From assembly GCA_051294375.1 (NCBI GenBank), contig CM119264.1, positions 1,533,923 through 1,597,922 on the forward strand: a DNA stretch of 64,000 bases. Reading direction: 5' to 3'. Shown piece after piece: positions 1 to 10,950 of this stretch. Positions within the stretch are counted from its first letter, which is position 1. Every line of letters begins with the position of its first letter. Under the pieces are notes generated by a model. It did not search any database and was not told the DNA's origin. It worked only from the letters and a program-made list of their open reading frames with translations. The stretch comes from Paraspadella gotoi (lineage: Eukaryota > Animalia > Chaetognatha). Position numbers and translations under genes: made by a program.

Positions 1-904
1 AATTTGGTTGTTTGGGTTTTAACCTTATCTCTCTCTCCTCTCTCTCCTTCTCTCTCATCCTCTCTCTCCTCTCTCTCTTTCTCTCTTTAGAGTCTTTCTT
101 CTGCTTTTAAAGTCTCGCTCCCTTTAATTTCCCTCATTATGGAAGCTTGTTTTTCCCAAACGTGTGATTGCTTGGCTGTTAAGACTAAAGAGGGCGTTCT
201 GGGCTATAGGTTTTGTGCCTGGTTGGGGTGGTGTGTGGGATGGCATGGGTTGGGTCCGGGTTGGGCCATGGTTGAGATTTGGGCTGAAATTTGGGGAATA
301 CCCGCTGTTGGGTCGGTGCATTGGTGATGCAACCAGAAATATTGTTTCTTTCAGTTCGTGAGTTGAAATTATTTTTGTGAATGATTTAATTTAAAAACTA
401 TTTAAAAGTTTAAAACAAATTAGACTAACTTTGTTGACAATCGTCGGTGAAAGATTAATGAAAATTTCATAACCCATCAATCATTCAATCAATCAATCAA
501 TCAATCAAAAAAATCAAAGTGCCTTTATCAATGTCAGTCAAAAATCAATCAAACTTTTCATTCTAATAAAAAGTGACTTATTACTTTATATGTATATATA
601 GACTTTATAGACTATATTCGGTTGAGATTTTCAATCCAAATAGATAAAAAAATAAAAGAAATAATTGACTTAGAAAAAACTTAAGAAAATGAAATAATCA
701 AGAGAAAAAAATATAAAAAAAAAGGAAAAAAATTGAAGAAATAAAAGAAAATTAAAAAGGATTAAAGAAAATTAAAATCCTTGAATCCATTCGAAAGCGG
801 AAAAGCGTGAGAGAGAGAGGAGAGGAAGAGAGAGAGAGAGAGAGAGAGAGGGAGAGGAGAAGAGGAGNNNNNNNNNNNNNNNNNNNNNNNNNNNNNNNNN
901 NNNN

Positions 905-939
<35 letters not shown>

Positions 940-2010
940 TTCTCGTGGGTTTTTCTCTCTGTCTCTTTCTCTCTATCTGCTTCGATCGGCCGAACACAAA
1001 AGCTTCGCTTTAGGCTTTTGAATCCTCGGATCCCGAAATAGAGAAATGACAAACTGAGTCTCTCTTCATTTCGAGATGCAGCAAGATGCAGCAGCAAGAA
1101 GTTTCAGTTCGGGATAATTAGATGCAGCACTTTTCTTTTCTGTGTTGAGCGAAGGCTGCGGAAATCTTCGGTCAATTTGGTCCTTAACAGTTTCGAGATT
1201 TTGTCGTTTTTGTTTTTTTTTGTTTTTTGCGCCAAGTTCACTCCGCTTAAAAACAGCAGTTTTTTTACTTAATGCCCCGTGCCTCATAAAGTAAAGCCGT
1301 CAAGTCATTACCATTAAGTACCGGGATCGATCCCCAATAGTAACTAAAATGGTGGTATCATAAAGAGGCCCGGCCCACTTAGCGCCATAATCACAAGTAG
1401 CACATTTATTTAAATTTTAAAAGCGTCGAATAATTTTTGAACTTGAGCCTTAAAAATTATTTTTGATATAGTCAGACTTAAGAAAAAAAGAATTGTTATC
1501 TATGCTGCACTGAATCTATGGTGACGAAAAACAAAGAGGCTGAAAGTTAAGCTTAATTGTGAACAAATCAGACAAGCAACTCTATTTGTCAATTTTGTAA
1601 AATGTACAGTCCCATTTTTTTTAATCTTGACTCTCTCTCTCTCTCTCGGTCTCTCTCTTTCTTTCTGTCTTTCTCCCTCATCCCTCTATCTCTCCCCCAT
1701 CTCTCTGTGTGAGTGTCTCTCTCTCTCTGTCTCTAACTCAACGTCACCCTTCTAAAATAAAAAAAGAAAATATGGTTGAGCCTCCGTCGTGGATCGTGAA
1801 TGGAGAAAAAACTTCAATTCTGACGAAATGGGAAAGTCAACAATTTTTTGTTTGTTTTTAAAATCATCCCTTTATCACAAGAAAGAGGAGAGAGAAAATT
1901 AAGACATCAAATTCTTTCTTTTTCTTTAGAGAACAAAAAAACAAAAAAAACGTCTAATGTTTTCGTTTCATTTAAAATTTAAGAAGCGAATTTTTAATAA
2001 ATTAAAATTT

Positions 2011-2290
2011 TGGCTCTCTTTTTCCAAAGCGCCTCATTTATTGGCTCTTTTTTCCTAGAGCATCCAATTTCTTTTTTTTTTTGGTACTCTTTTCCAAGAA
2101 CGCCTCATTTCCGTTGCTTTAACCCGGAATTTAATTTTAACCTTTGTATTTAACCTAAATATATTATTAAATTTATCATCCTAATCCTTAATCCTTAATC
2201 CTAATCCTAACCATTAATCCCTAACCCTAATCCCTAACCCTAATCCATAACATTCATCACAAGCTTCATCCTAAATATAACCTAATTTCG
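2011..2290. repeat. Relative of the 52030 MITE: three tandem TIR-like motifs followed by degenerate CCCTAA repeats
   Basis: TGGCTCTCTTTTCC..AGCGCCTCATTT-like motif at ~2011, ~2042 and ~2081, then GAATTTAATTTTAA..TAACCTAAATAT..CCTAATCCTTAAT as at 52075-52152. Confidence 0.55.
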
Positions 2291-2369
2291 AATTTAAGAT
2301 TAAATTGTTAAAAATTGGTTGAAGCGGTTATGAGCGGAGTGGATCGTCGGCATGGTTGGCCCAAGCAAT

Positions 2370-2654
2370 GCGGATGTACTCGTGGAGCGGCTCTATATGT
2401 CACTTTTCGGTCGGTCTGTCGGTCGGTGGGTCGGTATGTCTGTTCGTTGGTCTGTACCACTTACGTTGAAAATGCTCAAAATTCGCCTGTATTTGGTTGC
2501 TCATTTGTTAAGACAGGAAAAAACATCAAATCTAAGTGACTGCTCCCTCCGCCTTCAGGAAATCCAAAAACTATAAGGAATAAATGAAGAAATTCAAATG
2601 CACGAGCGAAGAAAGTCACTGCGGCGCAACACATTGGATGAACCGATCTTGTTT
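2370..2654 (+). mobile_element. Short non-autonomous element, family A (HINE/Helentron-like, internal GTCG microsatellite)
   Basis: Shares ordered blocks with the reverse complement of 14947-15623 and 27872-28506: GTACTCG(T/C)GGAGC..CTATAT..GTCACT, (GTCG)n, CCACTTA..AAAATGCT, CATTTGTTAAGAC.GGAAAAAAC, CCGCCTTCAGGAAATCC.AAAACTAT, and the 3' end AAAGT.ACTGCGG.GCAACAC.TTGGATG.ACCGA.CTTGTTT. Confidence 0.75.
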
Positions 2655-3116
2655 GCTTGTAAATCGATTTTTTTTTTCATTTTTCTACTTTATTTTCAAT
2701 TTCCCTAAAATTAAAATAAAGGAAGAAAATTGTAATCGTAAACGAAAAAGGATTTTTTTTTCTTTTCATAATCTTCGTCGTCCCATTTTTATTACTCATC
2801 CACTTTGAACCTAAAGATCGATCGTGTTCGCGCGTTCCTTCACGTTTTGACCCAGCACGTTTGATCTCGGCCCTGCACGCGCATAATGTTAGGCTGTTGA
2901 CCGAGAAATTTCGGCCCCGCGCGCGCATATAAAATGCAACATTGCAGTCCCAATTATCTTGATCGTGAATTCATTAAGCGTCAAAATTTAATATGAGGTA
3001 TTTAGCAATTATAAAGAAAAAGTAAAAAACGAAACGGATCTAACAAATGTAAAATAATATTAAATTAGTATTAAGCAAGTTTTTTTTTCCATTTTTTAGA
3101 TTCTAATGGAGAGAGA

Positions 3117-3195
<79 letters not shown>

Positions 3196-3290
3196 TGCTT
3201 TCTGAGTGAGGGCGCGCGTATCAGCCAAGAGTTACTTTGCGTTTGCATGAACGGCGTTTAGAAAAAGTCTCGGAAAGACGGACAGGGGGA

Positions 3291-3325
<35 letters not shown>

Positions 3326-3599
3326 ATGATAAATGATAAATGATACAACAACGGACCTGAGCTCGCGGATTAAGCGGCTTATAGGGTCTTTCATTAAAGA
3401 CATACGTTGGACGTAAAAACAAAATTAAAATTGTACGTATTTGGTAATGTTCCTTTAAACATTTGAACTTTTTGACCCCGAACCCGACAGACACAATTGA
3501 AAGTTACGTGAACGGTCAGAAAACGTAAAATGTAAAAAAAAAAAACAAAACAAAAAGTAATATGTAGAATTAGACATTAATGATCCCAATCAGTAACTA

Positions 3600-6375
3600 C
3601 TATGTCTAAGTGTGTTCTGGATATTTATTTTGACACTTCGGCAAAATTGTTTGGTCTGAAGAGTGACTTGACTGAACTAAATCCCAAAGTTTCCTGACAT
3701 TTTTGCATTGGGATTTGTGTTGTGGAAATATCTCCGGAATGAAGATATTCAATGATGTCATCGAAGAGATGTTGTCCGTCACCATGCTCACGATTCGTTT
3801 GCAGGCTTTTTTGTTAACTTGGTGGTTAAATTTTCGACATTTGCTGCATCATAAACAACTTTTGCCGACGTATGTATTGGAAGTTAAAAAGGTTTTTCAT
3901 TGCTCGCAAATGCAGTTTTTCTATTTTCTCCCATTGGCTTTTGCTCGAGTTTATCCAAGTTGGACTAGAGTATTCAAAGATTGAAATGACCAGACTGTTG
4001 TAGAGCTGAAGAACAGTTTTATAATTGTCATTAACTTTCTTTGCTATTTATTGATTGCAAAGATTTTTGCCTTTGCTTTGTCTAATAAAGAATCAATGAA
4101 TCTCGTCCATAAAAGTTTTTCATCTAAGACAATACCAAGCAATTTAATTCTTTATTTCTCACGACCTCATCATCTCCGATTTTAAGATTCAAAGAACTCA
4201 GCAGAATGTCGAGGGCATCGACTAAAGACCGTCATTACCGATTTTCCCTTTGACAGGGTTAGTTGCCATGTTTCACACCATTTTACAATATCATTTTAAA
4301 CCTTTTGTAGTTTATCTTTCGCCTCTGACAGTGTGTTTCCCGATGACCATTTGAGGTATCATCAGCATATTTTGCACCATGAACTTCGTTTCCATTCCAT
4401 GCAGGTAAGTCCTCACATATAGAGTGAACAGGTCAGGACTTATGATGCCACCTTGGGGAGCACCTTTTCAAGTTTAACTGGTTTTGAAGACAACTTTCCC
4501 TCTATGAATTCATGAACCGGTCATTTAGATATGAATTAAGGATTCGTAAAAGTTCCTCTGGATATCCAAGACGATGCATTTTGTATAACAGACATGCACT
4601 CCAGACAGAGTTGAAGGCAACTGAAAAGTCTAGAGCCACTGCAATGGTGCACTGCCTTTTTTCGGTATCCTTTGTGGATATCTTCTACGAGTCTAAGACA
4701 TTTTCTTGAGCAGCAATCTGTTTTTTCTATAAGCAGACTGTAAATGACTCATTGTCCCCAGCCTTTTAGTTTGTATAGTGAGGTAGCTTTTAACCATTCT
4801 TTCTAGAATTTTTTTCCTACCACCGAGATTAAGCTTATTGGTCTGTAGCTTTTGGGTCCATTGGATCTTTGCCTGATTTGTATAACATTCTCACATTAGT
4901 GTGCTTCCAGGCTTTTGGAAAGTAGCCAGTCAGTAAGCAATCTTTCATAATGTCTAATAATTGATAATAGCTATTAGTGGTAGATTCTTTAATATTCTTG
5001 GGGTTATGCCATCTTTCCCTGGGGCAGATTTAGTTTTTAAACCGTTAATAATTTGTAATAAGCTTTTGATATTACATACATCTGACATTTTTTGATGCCC
5101 TTCATGCTTAAGGTTTTTGATCTTTGAGTTAGAGTAGTTTCATTTTCGTTCTTGAACTTTTTCAACATTCCTTGAAAACTTCTTTGTTTTTCTCTGTTGG
5201 TGTTGGATTGAGTGGACACTTTCCATTCTTTCAGCCCAAATGTTTAAGTTTTCTAGTTTGGAGTTTGAAAATGTTCCATCTTCCTTTCTTAGAAAACAAT
5301 CTGCATTATTTTCATTTCTTTTGTAGTTTATAACTTCATTGATTGTTTCCATTTTTTAGCCGAATCTTTTCTATTTCGATTTTTGTTAATTTTATTTTTA
5401 GAGAAATTTGTTCATCTTCTTTAATAGCACTCTTAACCTTTCTGCAGATTGATTTAATTTTTTCCTCCATTGGATTTTTTGTTATCTGTATCCATGTGCT
5501 CAAGTAAACCTTTCTTTTTTCTGAATCAATTAGTTTCCGTTTCACCTTTATCAAAGTCCATGTATGATTCGACAATGGACATTCTTTATTTTTCACTATT
5601 TTTTTTCATACATACACTTTTCATGGAAATCTGGATTGTCCTTGTCCAAATGCTTACTTTATGGTCGACATTCAGTGAATTCCATTCTTCATTTTTTTCC
5701 AATTAGTGGTTTTAAAGTGATTGGCAACTGTCGGCGTTGAAAATTCTGATAGTCAAGAACACTCACTTTTTTATATCTTATGAATCCTTTACTTTTTATT
5801 TCTACTATGACAGGTAAATGGTCATTTCGCTATGTCGTGTAAGACACGACAGTCCAAGAACATTTTCTGCAGTTTTTTCATCTGAAAATACATAATCAAG
5901 CAGGTTTCCTTCGCCTGTTATTCTGCTGACTAGGTCATTTCATCTGAATGTTTGCTTTATCAGGTTATGCTTTGTTACTATGTTGACCAGATACTCCCTG
6001 CAGTTGAATCGGTTCTGCTTCCAAGAAATTTGCTTGGTGAATTGAAATCGCCTAACAATAGGCGAGTGCATTTTTCATCATCTTTATAATTTTTCCATAT
6101 TTCAACTAGTTTTTCTTCAAATCAGTTTCCCGGGTGAACGTAAGATGTTCAAGAATAATTTTATTGCCAGTTTTTAAATAAATTTCTGCGCACTGTGCTT
6201 TCCTGAAATGTTACACTTTCTTAATCTCTTTATCAACACCCTCCTTCTGAAGGCCAATGCAACACGCTTGCAACACTGTGTTAGTCTGTTGTTTTTTAAA
6301 AAGAATTTGTAACCATCAAAAGTTAAATTGCTTACATCTTTGGTTCTTATGTCATTAATACACAAAATTACTGTA
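3600..6375 (-). mobile_element. Non-LTR retrotransposon (LINE) ORF2, APE endonuclease + reverse transcriptase, frameshifted; Jockey/I-group-like
   Basis: Manual minus-strand translation gives LINE ORF2 motifs in the expected order: ILCINDIR (~6345-6368), LLGDFNS (~6040-6060), LDY (~5890-5900), DHLPV (~5810-5825), SAPGKDG (~5008-5028), TGYFPKAWKH (~4902-4932), SYRPISLI (~4827-4850), ALDFSVAFNSVW (~4600-4636), GAPQGG..ISPDLFTLY (~4418-4463), YADDT (~4356-4370), LQLYNSLVISIFEYSSPTW (~3955-4012). Many single-base frameshifts. No ORF1 is visible; the 5' side runs into GA repeats. Confidence 0.93.
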
Positions 6376-6521
6376 GAAGAGCAGGAGAGAGAGAGAGAAG
6401 ATGAGAGAGAGAGAGGAGGAGAGGAAGAGAGAAAGAGAAGAGGAAGAGAATTAAGAAAAGAAAAGATAGGAGAGTCCTTTTTAAATCGCCCTCAGCCATT
6501 TCCTCTTTCTTCATTCTACAA

Positions 6522-6562
<41 letters not shown>

Positions 6563-6974
6563 CCGTTTGCTTTTCCATTTCGTTTTCCTAAGATAATTGA
6601 TTTTTTTTCTTTCTTTCCTTATTTCTGTTTCCTTTTCTTTTCATTTCTTTCTTTCCTCTTATTTTTCTTTAGTCTTTTTATTTTCTTTTCTATCTTACAA
6701 ATATTCAAACGTCCGTCTGTTTGTGTTTTTATCAACATCATTTATTTCTGCATTCATTTCATTTCATGACAAATTATTTTCGATTGATGTCGATGTTATG
6801 CTATTTCTCGTTTGTAGGTTGTTTTTAAAATTAATATATAAGACGTTCGTTAAATAATTAGAAAAAAATATTTAAAATATTCTTTTAATTAATAAAACAT
6901 ATTTTAAAGTTTCAAAATATTATTTGTGGCTCCGTAAGCAATTTACATACGCTGCCACTGGTTTTCATGAGCTT

Positions 6975-7170
6975 TTGCTTTGACTGGGTTTTCCAAATTT
7001 GGTTTGACTCGGTTTTCCAAATCGGCTAAATCAGTCTTAACTCGATTTTTATCAAATCCTCTAAATCTGCTTTGATTCATTTTTTTTTTCAAATCGGCTA
7101 AAACTGTTTTGATTAAGTTTTTTTTTCAAATCGGCTAAATCTGGTTTGACGCGTTTTTCCAAATCGGCTT
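6975..7170. repeat. ~30-bp degenerate tandem repeat (TTTCCAAATCGGCTAAATCTGGTTTGACTCG)
   Basis: About 6 recurrences of CAAATCGGCTAAA..GTTTGA. Confidence 0.75.
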
Positions 7171-7479
7171 CGACCCTTAAGAGACGCTCCCGGGTCACGG
7201 CTCCGGGAAATGAGGCAAGACTCGGCGGGAAAACCTCGCTGTGAAATTTGAATATTAAATCTTGGAAGGGGAAGAAATAGAGGGGAAAGAGGGAGAGAGA
7301 GAGAGAGTAGAAAGTAGGTAGAGAGTGGAAAAGGGAGTGAGAGAGGAAAAGAGAGAGAGGGAAGGAAGGGGGAGAGAGAGAGAGAGGGAAAGGAGGAAGG
7401 TATAAAGAGGGAAGAGAGAAAACTTAGAGAAAGAAAGAGGAAAAACCAGGAATCATTTCAACTTAAACGATTCCATCGA

Positions 7480-7599
7480 AACTTGAATGCCAGTTTAATT
7501 TAACACTTTCCTACCCACATCCAAAATTTCAAGTCAATCGCCTCATACAATCATGAGTAATTGGCGTTCAAAGATAAGGGGAGGCGGACGGACGGGAAT

Positions 7600-7636
<37 letters not shown>

Positions 7637-7784
7637 AAAACAGACAGACAGACAGACAAACAGACGGACGGACATCATTTTTTCTGCATAATTTATTATA
7701 ATTCGATGTTCTGACATGACCGACGGACCGACAAAGTGAATTATAGAAACGGAATCTGCAGTAAGCAGATCCGGCTAAAAAAAA
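7480..7784 (-). mobile_element. Second HINE/Helitron-like short element with (GACA)n tract and terminal hairpin
   Basis: CCAAAATTTCAAGTCAATCG..., then (CAGA)n at 7600-7670, GACCGACAAAGTGAATTATAG, a hairpin GGAATCTGC-AGTAA-GCAGATCC (7751-7772) and an A-run. Same architecture as family A but different sequence. Confidence 0.55.
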
Positions 7785-8117
7785 TTAAAAACTTTTAAGT
7801 CGCTCATCCAATCCATGAGGCATTTAAGTTTAACCAATCGGAAATGTAACAGGAACAATAAGAAGTTGCTTTCCAAAAAAAAACGATTCGGTGATTCTTT
7901 GTTCAAGAAATCTAACTAAATTTAAAGAACTTTTCACACATTAAGATTTAATAATATGCATCAAAACTTTACCAAATTGTCTTTCTTCCGATTTTCCAAA
8001 ATTTGACTCGAAAGGTTAAGACCTAAGTCGACGTACAACTTATATTTTTTTTTTTATTTTCGTCTCTTGGATTTTTTTTATGGTCGGTGATTGAATAAAC
8101 GACTGGAAAAGATGTTC

Positions 8118-8422
8118 CACTTGCGGGTCTCACTTTTGCGGGTCTCACAATTCCGAGTCTCACTTCCGTCACTGACAATTTCAGATTTCGCGCATTCGAG
8201 TCTCTTACATCCGGGTCTCACGCTTCCATTACTCGAAACTCAGGTTTCAAAAACATCCATCTTAACTAAACAGGATCTTACATTGTTTGAGTCCCACACA
8301 GTTTGGATTAATTCATCTGAAATTAAAAATTTTCATGTTTAACACTTCTTGATCCCACCCAACCAGATGTCACACATTCGGGTCTCACACAATGTGGTTT
8401 CACATATCCGGATCTCACTCTT
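8118..8422. repeat. Short degenerate tandem repeat with core GGGTCTCAC
   Basis: More than 10 recurrences of (G/A)GTCTCAC(A/T) at ~15-18-bp spacing. Confidence 0.7.
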
Positions 8423-8569
8423 ACGCGTGTTTGTCCTAAAGGCCGACAAGATCGGATATGTGATTTGACAATTGCTGATAACATTTCAATTACTACAATG
8501 GCTCCGAAAACTATTGATTTTATGTACTGAAAGAGAAGAAGAGAAAAAGAGAGGAAGCGATGGCCGTCC

Positions 8570-8658
8570 CTTAGATTTCATGTTTTTTCCTTTCTTGACA
8601 AATGAGCATATGACCGATGGACAGACCGACCGACGGACAGACCGACCGACGGACAGAC
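8570..8658 (-). mobile_element. Family A fragment
   Basis: CTTAGATTTCATGTTTTTTCCTTTCTTGACAAATGAGCA matches the reverse complement of 2498-2536. It is followed by GACC/GACA repeats up to the gap. Confidence 0.65.
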
Positions 8659-8683
8659 NNNNNNNNNNNNNNNNNNNNNNNNN

Positions 8684-8974
8684 AATTATCAATCGCTAAC
8701 GTATCGCAATATTCTGCCGGTTGGAAAAAAAACTTATCGCCAACCTGATCCCTCGCCACTAGAAGTCCCCGTCCGTGAGCGTCCCACCCTTCGCCCTCCC
8801 CCTCGTTCTCCTCTCCCTCTCTCCTCTCTCTCTCATCTCCTCTCTCTCTCTCTCTCTCTCTCTCCTCTCTCCCTCTCTCCTCTCTCTCTAAGGATCGGGA
8901 TAGTCGTCCTACCTTCGTCCGTCTTATTTGCACGGATTTTTTTACGGCCGCAAGAGCCCCGTTCATCCCTCGCC

Positions 8975-9040
<66 letters not shown>

Positions 9041-9608
9041 GGTTAGCGGTAAGTCCACCCGTGTCATTCCGACGGAAAACGACAATTCCATTGAGCGTTG
9101 TCTCTTTCTCTCGTAGGATTTCATATTACTCAGCTTATTTTCCTCTTTTAGTTGCGCGCGCGAGGACCGCGTTGCAACTCTAATAAGTGACTTGGTCGGT
9201 CGTCAAGTGAAAATAGTGAAATCCTACGAGAGAAAGAGACAAACGCTCAATGGAAATTGTCGTTTCCGTCGGAAATTGACACGGGTGGATCTNNNNNNNN
9301 NNNNNNNNNNNNNNNNNAATTATCAATCGCTAACGTATCGCAATATTCTGCCGGTTGGAAAAAAAACTTATCGCCAACCTGATCCCTCGCCACTAGAAGT
9401 CCCCGTCCGTGAGCGTCCCACCCTTCGCCCTCCCCCTCGTTCTCCTCTCCCTCTCTCCTCTCTCTCTCATCTCCTCTCTCTCTCTCTCTCTCTCTCTCCT
9501 CTCTCCCTCTCTCCTCTCTCTCTAAGGATCGGGATAGTCGTCCTACCTTCGTCCGTCTTATTTGCACGGATTTTTTTACGGCCGCAAGAGCCCCGTTCAT
9601 CCCTCGCC

Positions 9609-9674
<66 letters not shown>

Positions 9675-9686
9675 GGTTAGCGGTAA
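8684..9686 (+). repeat. Near-exact direct duplication 8684-9053 / 9318-9686, each following a 25-N gap
   Basis: Both copies start AATTATCAATCGCTAACGTATCGC and run to GACGGTTAGCGGTAAG. The ORF track gives the same peptide twice (8571..8966 and 9247..9600). Confidence 0.95.
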
Positions 9687-10137
9687 GAGAGAGAGAGAGA
9701 GAGAGAACGAGGGAGGAGGCAAGGGGGTGGACGATCGACGGAACGGGACCTTCTAGATGGCGAGGGGATCAGGTGGCCGATAAGTTTTTTTTTCAAAACC
9801 GGCAGGAATATTGCGATACGTTAGCGATGATAATTTTCTTGCACTCGGTTAGGACTAATCAGATCACAGAAGGATAGAAAAATAGACAGCCAAAATGACA
9901 GACAAATATTTATAACTTCTCGCGTTTCGTCATCGGTAATCAAAAAAAAAAAAAAGATCGGCTGCCACCTAGAAGGATTTTTCCCCCCCGCGCTTCGTCA
10001 GCCGCCATCCGGAAGGCGGGAAAGATTTGGTTGCGCCACCCGCGAAGCAGATGGCGTCGGTGGAATGACGAGAAAACAGCGTGCGATGCCATCTGATGGG
10101 ACGAGATTCAAATCACGTCACTCAAACTACCTGATCT

Positions 10138-10950
10138 GAGAGAGGAAGAGAGGGAGGGAGTGAGGACGGGAGGGAGAGAGAGACGAAGAAAAGGAGGAAA
10201 AGATGAAGGGGGAAGGGAGAAGGGGAGAAGGAGACGGGAGGCTGAGGAGAGGGGGAGGGAGAGAGGTAGGGAGAAAGGGAGAGGGACGAGAGGGCAGGGA
10301 GAAGAAAGAGGGCGAAGAGAGAGGGAAGAGTACAGGGGAAAGAGATGGAGGGATGGGGGCCGAGGGAGGGGAGAGAAAGAGGGGGAGAGAGAGGGAAAGA
10401 AGGGAGGGAGGAAGGGGGAGGAGAGAGAGGGAGCGGAAGAAGGGAGGAGGGAGAGAGGGAGGGAGAGAAAAGGGGGGAGAGAGAGGGAGAGTGACAGGAG
10501 GGAAAGAGAGGGGAGGATCGGGGGAAGAGGGAGGGCGAGAAAAAGAGGGGGAGAGAGACGGGAAAGAGGGAGGAGGAAAGGGAGGAGGGGAGAAGGGAGG
10601 GAGAGAAAAGAAAGGGGAGAGAAAAGGTGAGAGATGAGAGGGAAGAAAGGGAGGATGGGAGAGAGGGAGGGGAAATAAAGGGGCAGGGCAGAGAAAAGAG
10701 AGGGGAAAGAGGGAGGGAGGAAGGGAGAGGGAGAAAATGGGAAGAAAGTAAGCCGAGGAGAGAAAAAAGGAGGACAGCAAAGAAAGAAAGAAAGAAAGAA
10801 AAAAGCAAGGAACGAAAAGAAAGAAAGAAAGAAAAAAAAAAGAAAAAGAAAGAAAGAAAGAAAGAAAGAAAGAAAAAAAAGAAACCAAAAAAGAAAGGAG
10901 GGTAGAGAGAAATAAAGAAAGAGAAAAGAAGAGAGAAAAAGAGAGAAGCA
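10138..10950. repeat. ~800-bp almost pure polypurine tract
   Basis: Nearly all A/G on the plus strand. Similar tracts at 42870-43420 and 53780-54263, and pyrimidine tracts at 24900-25470 and 40090-40660. Confidence 0.9.

Noticed and set aside
2180-2250. Telomere or telomeric fusion site
   Set aside because: Short, degenerate CCCTAA-like tract embedded in a dispersed repeat that is also present at 52.1 kb.
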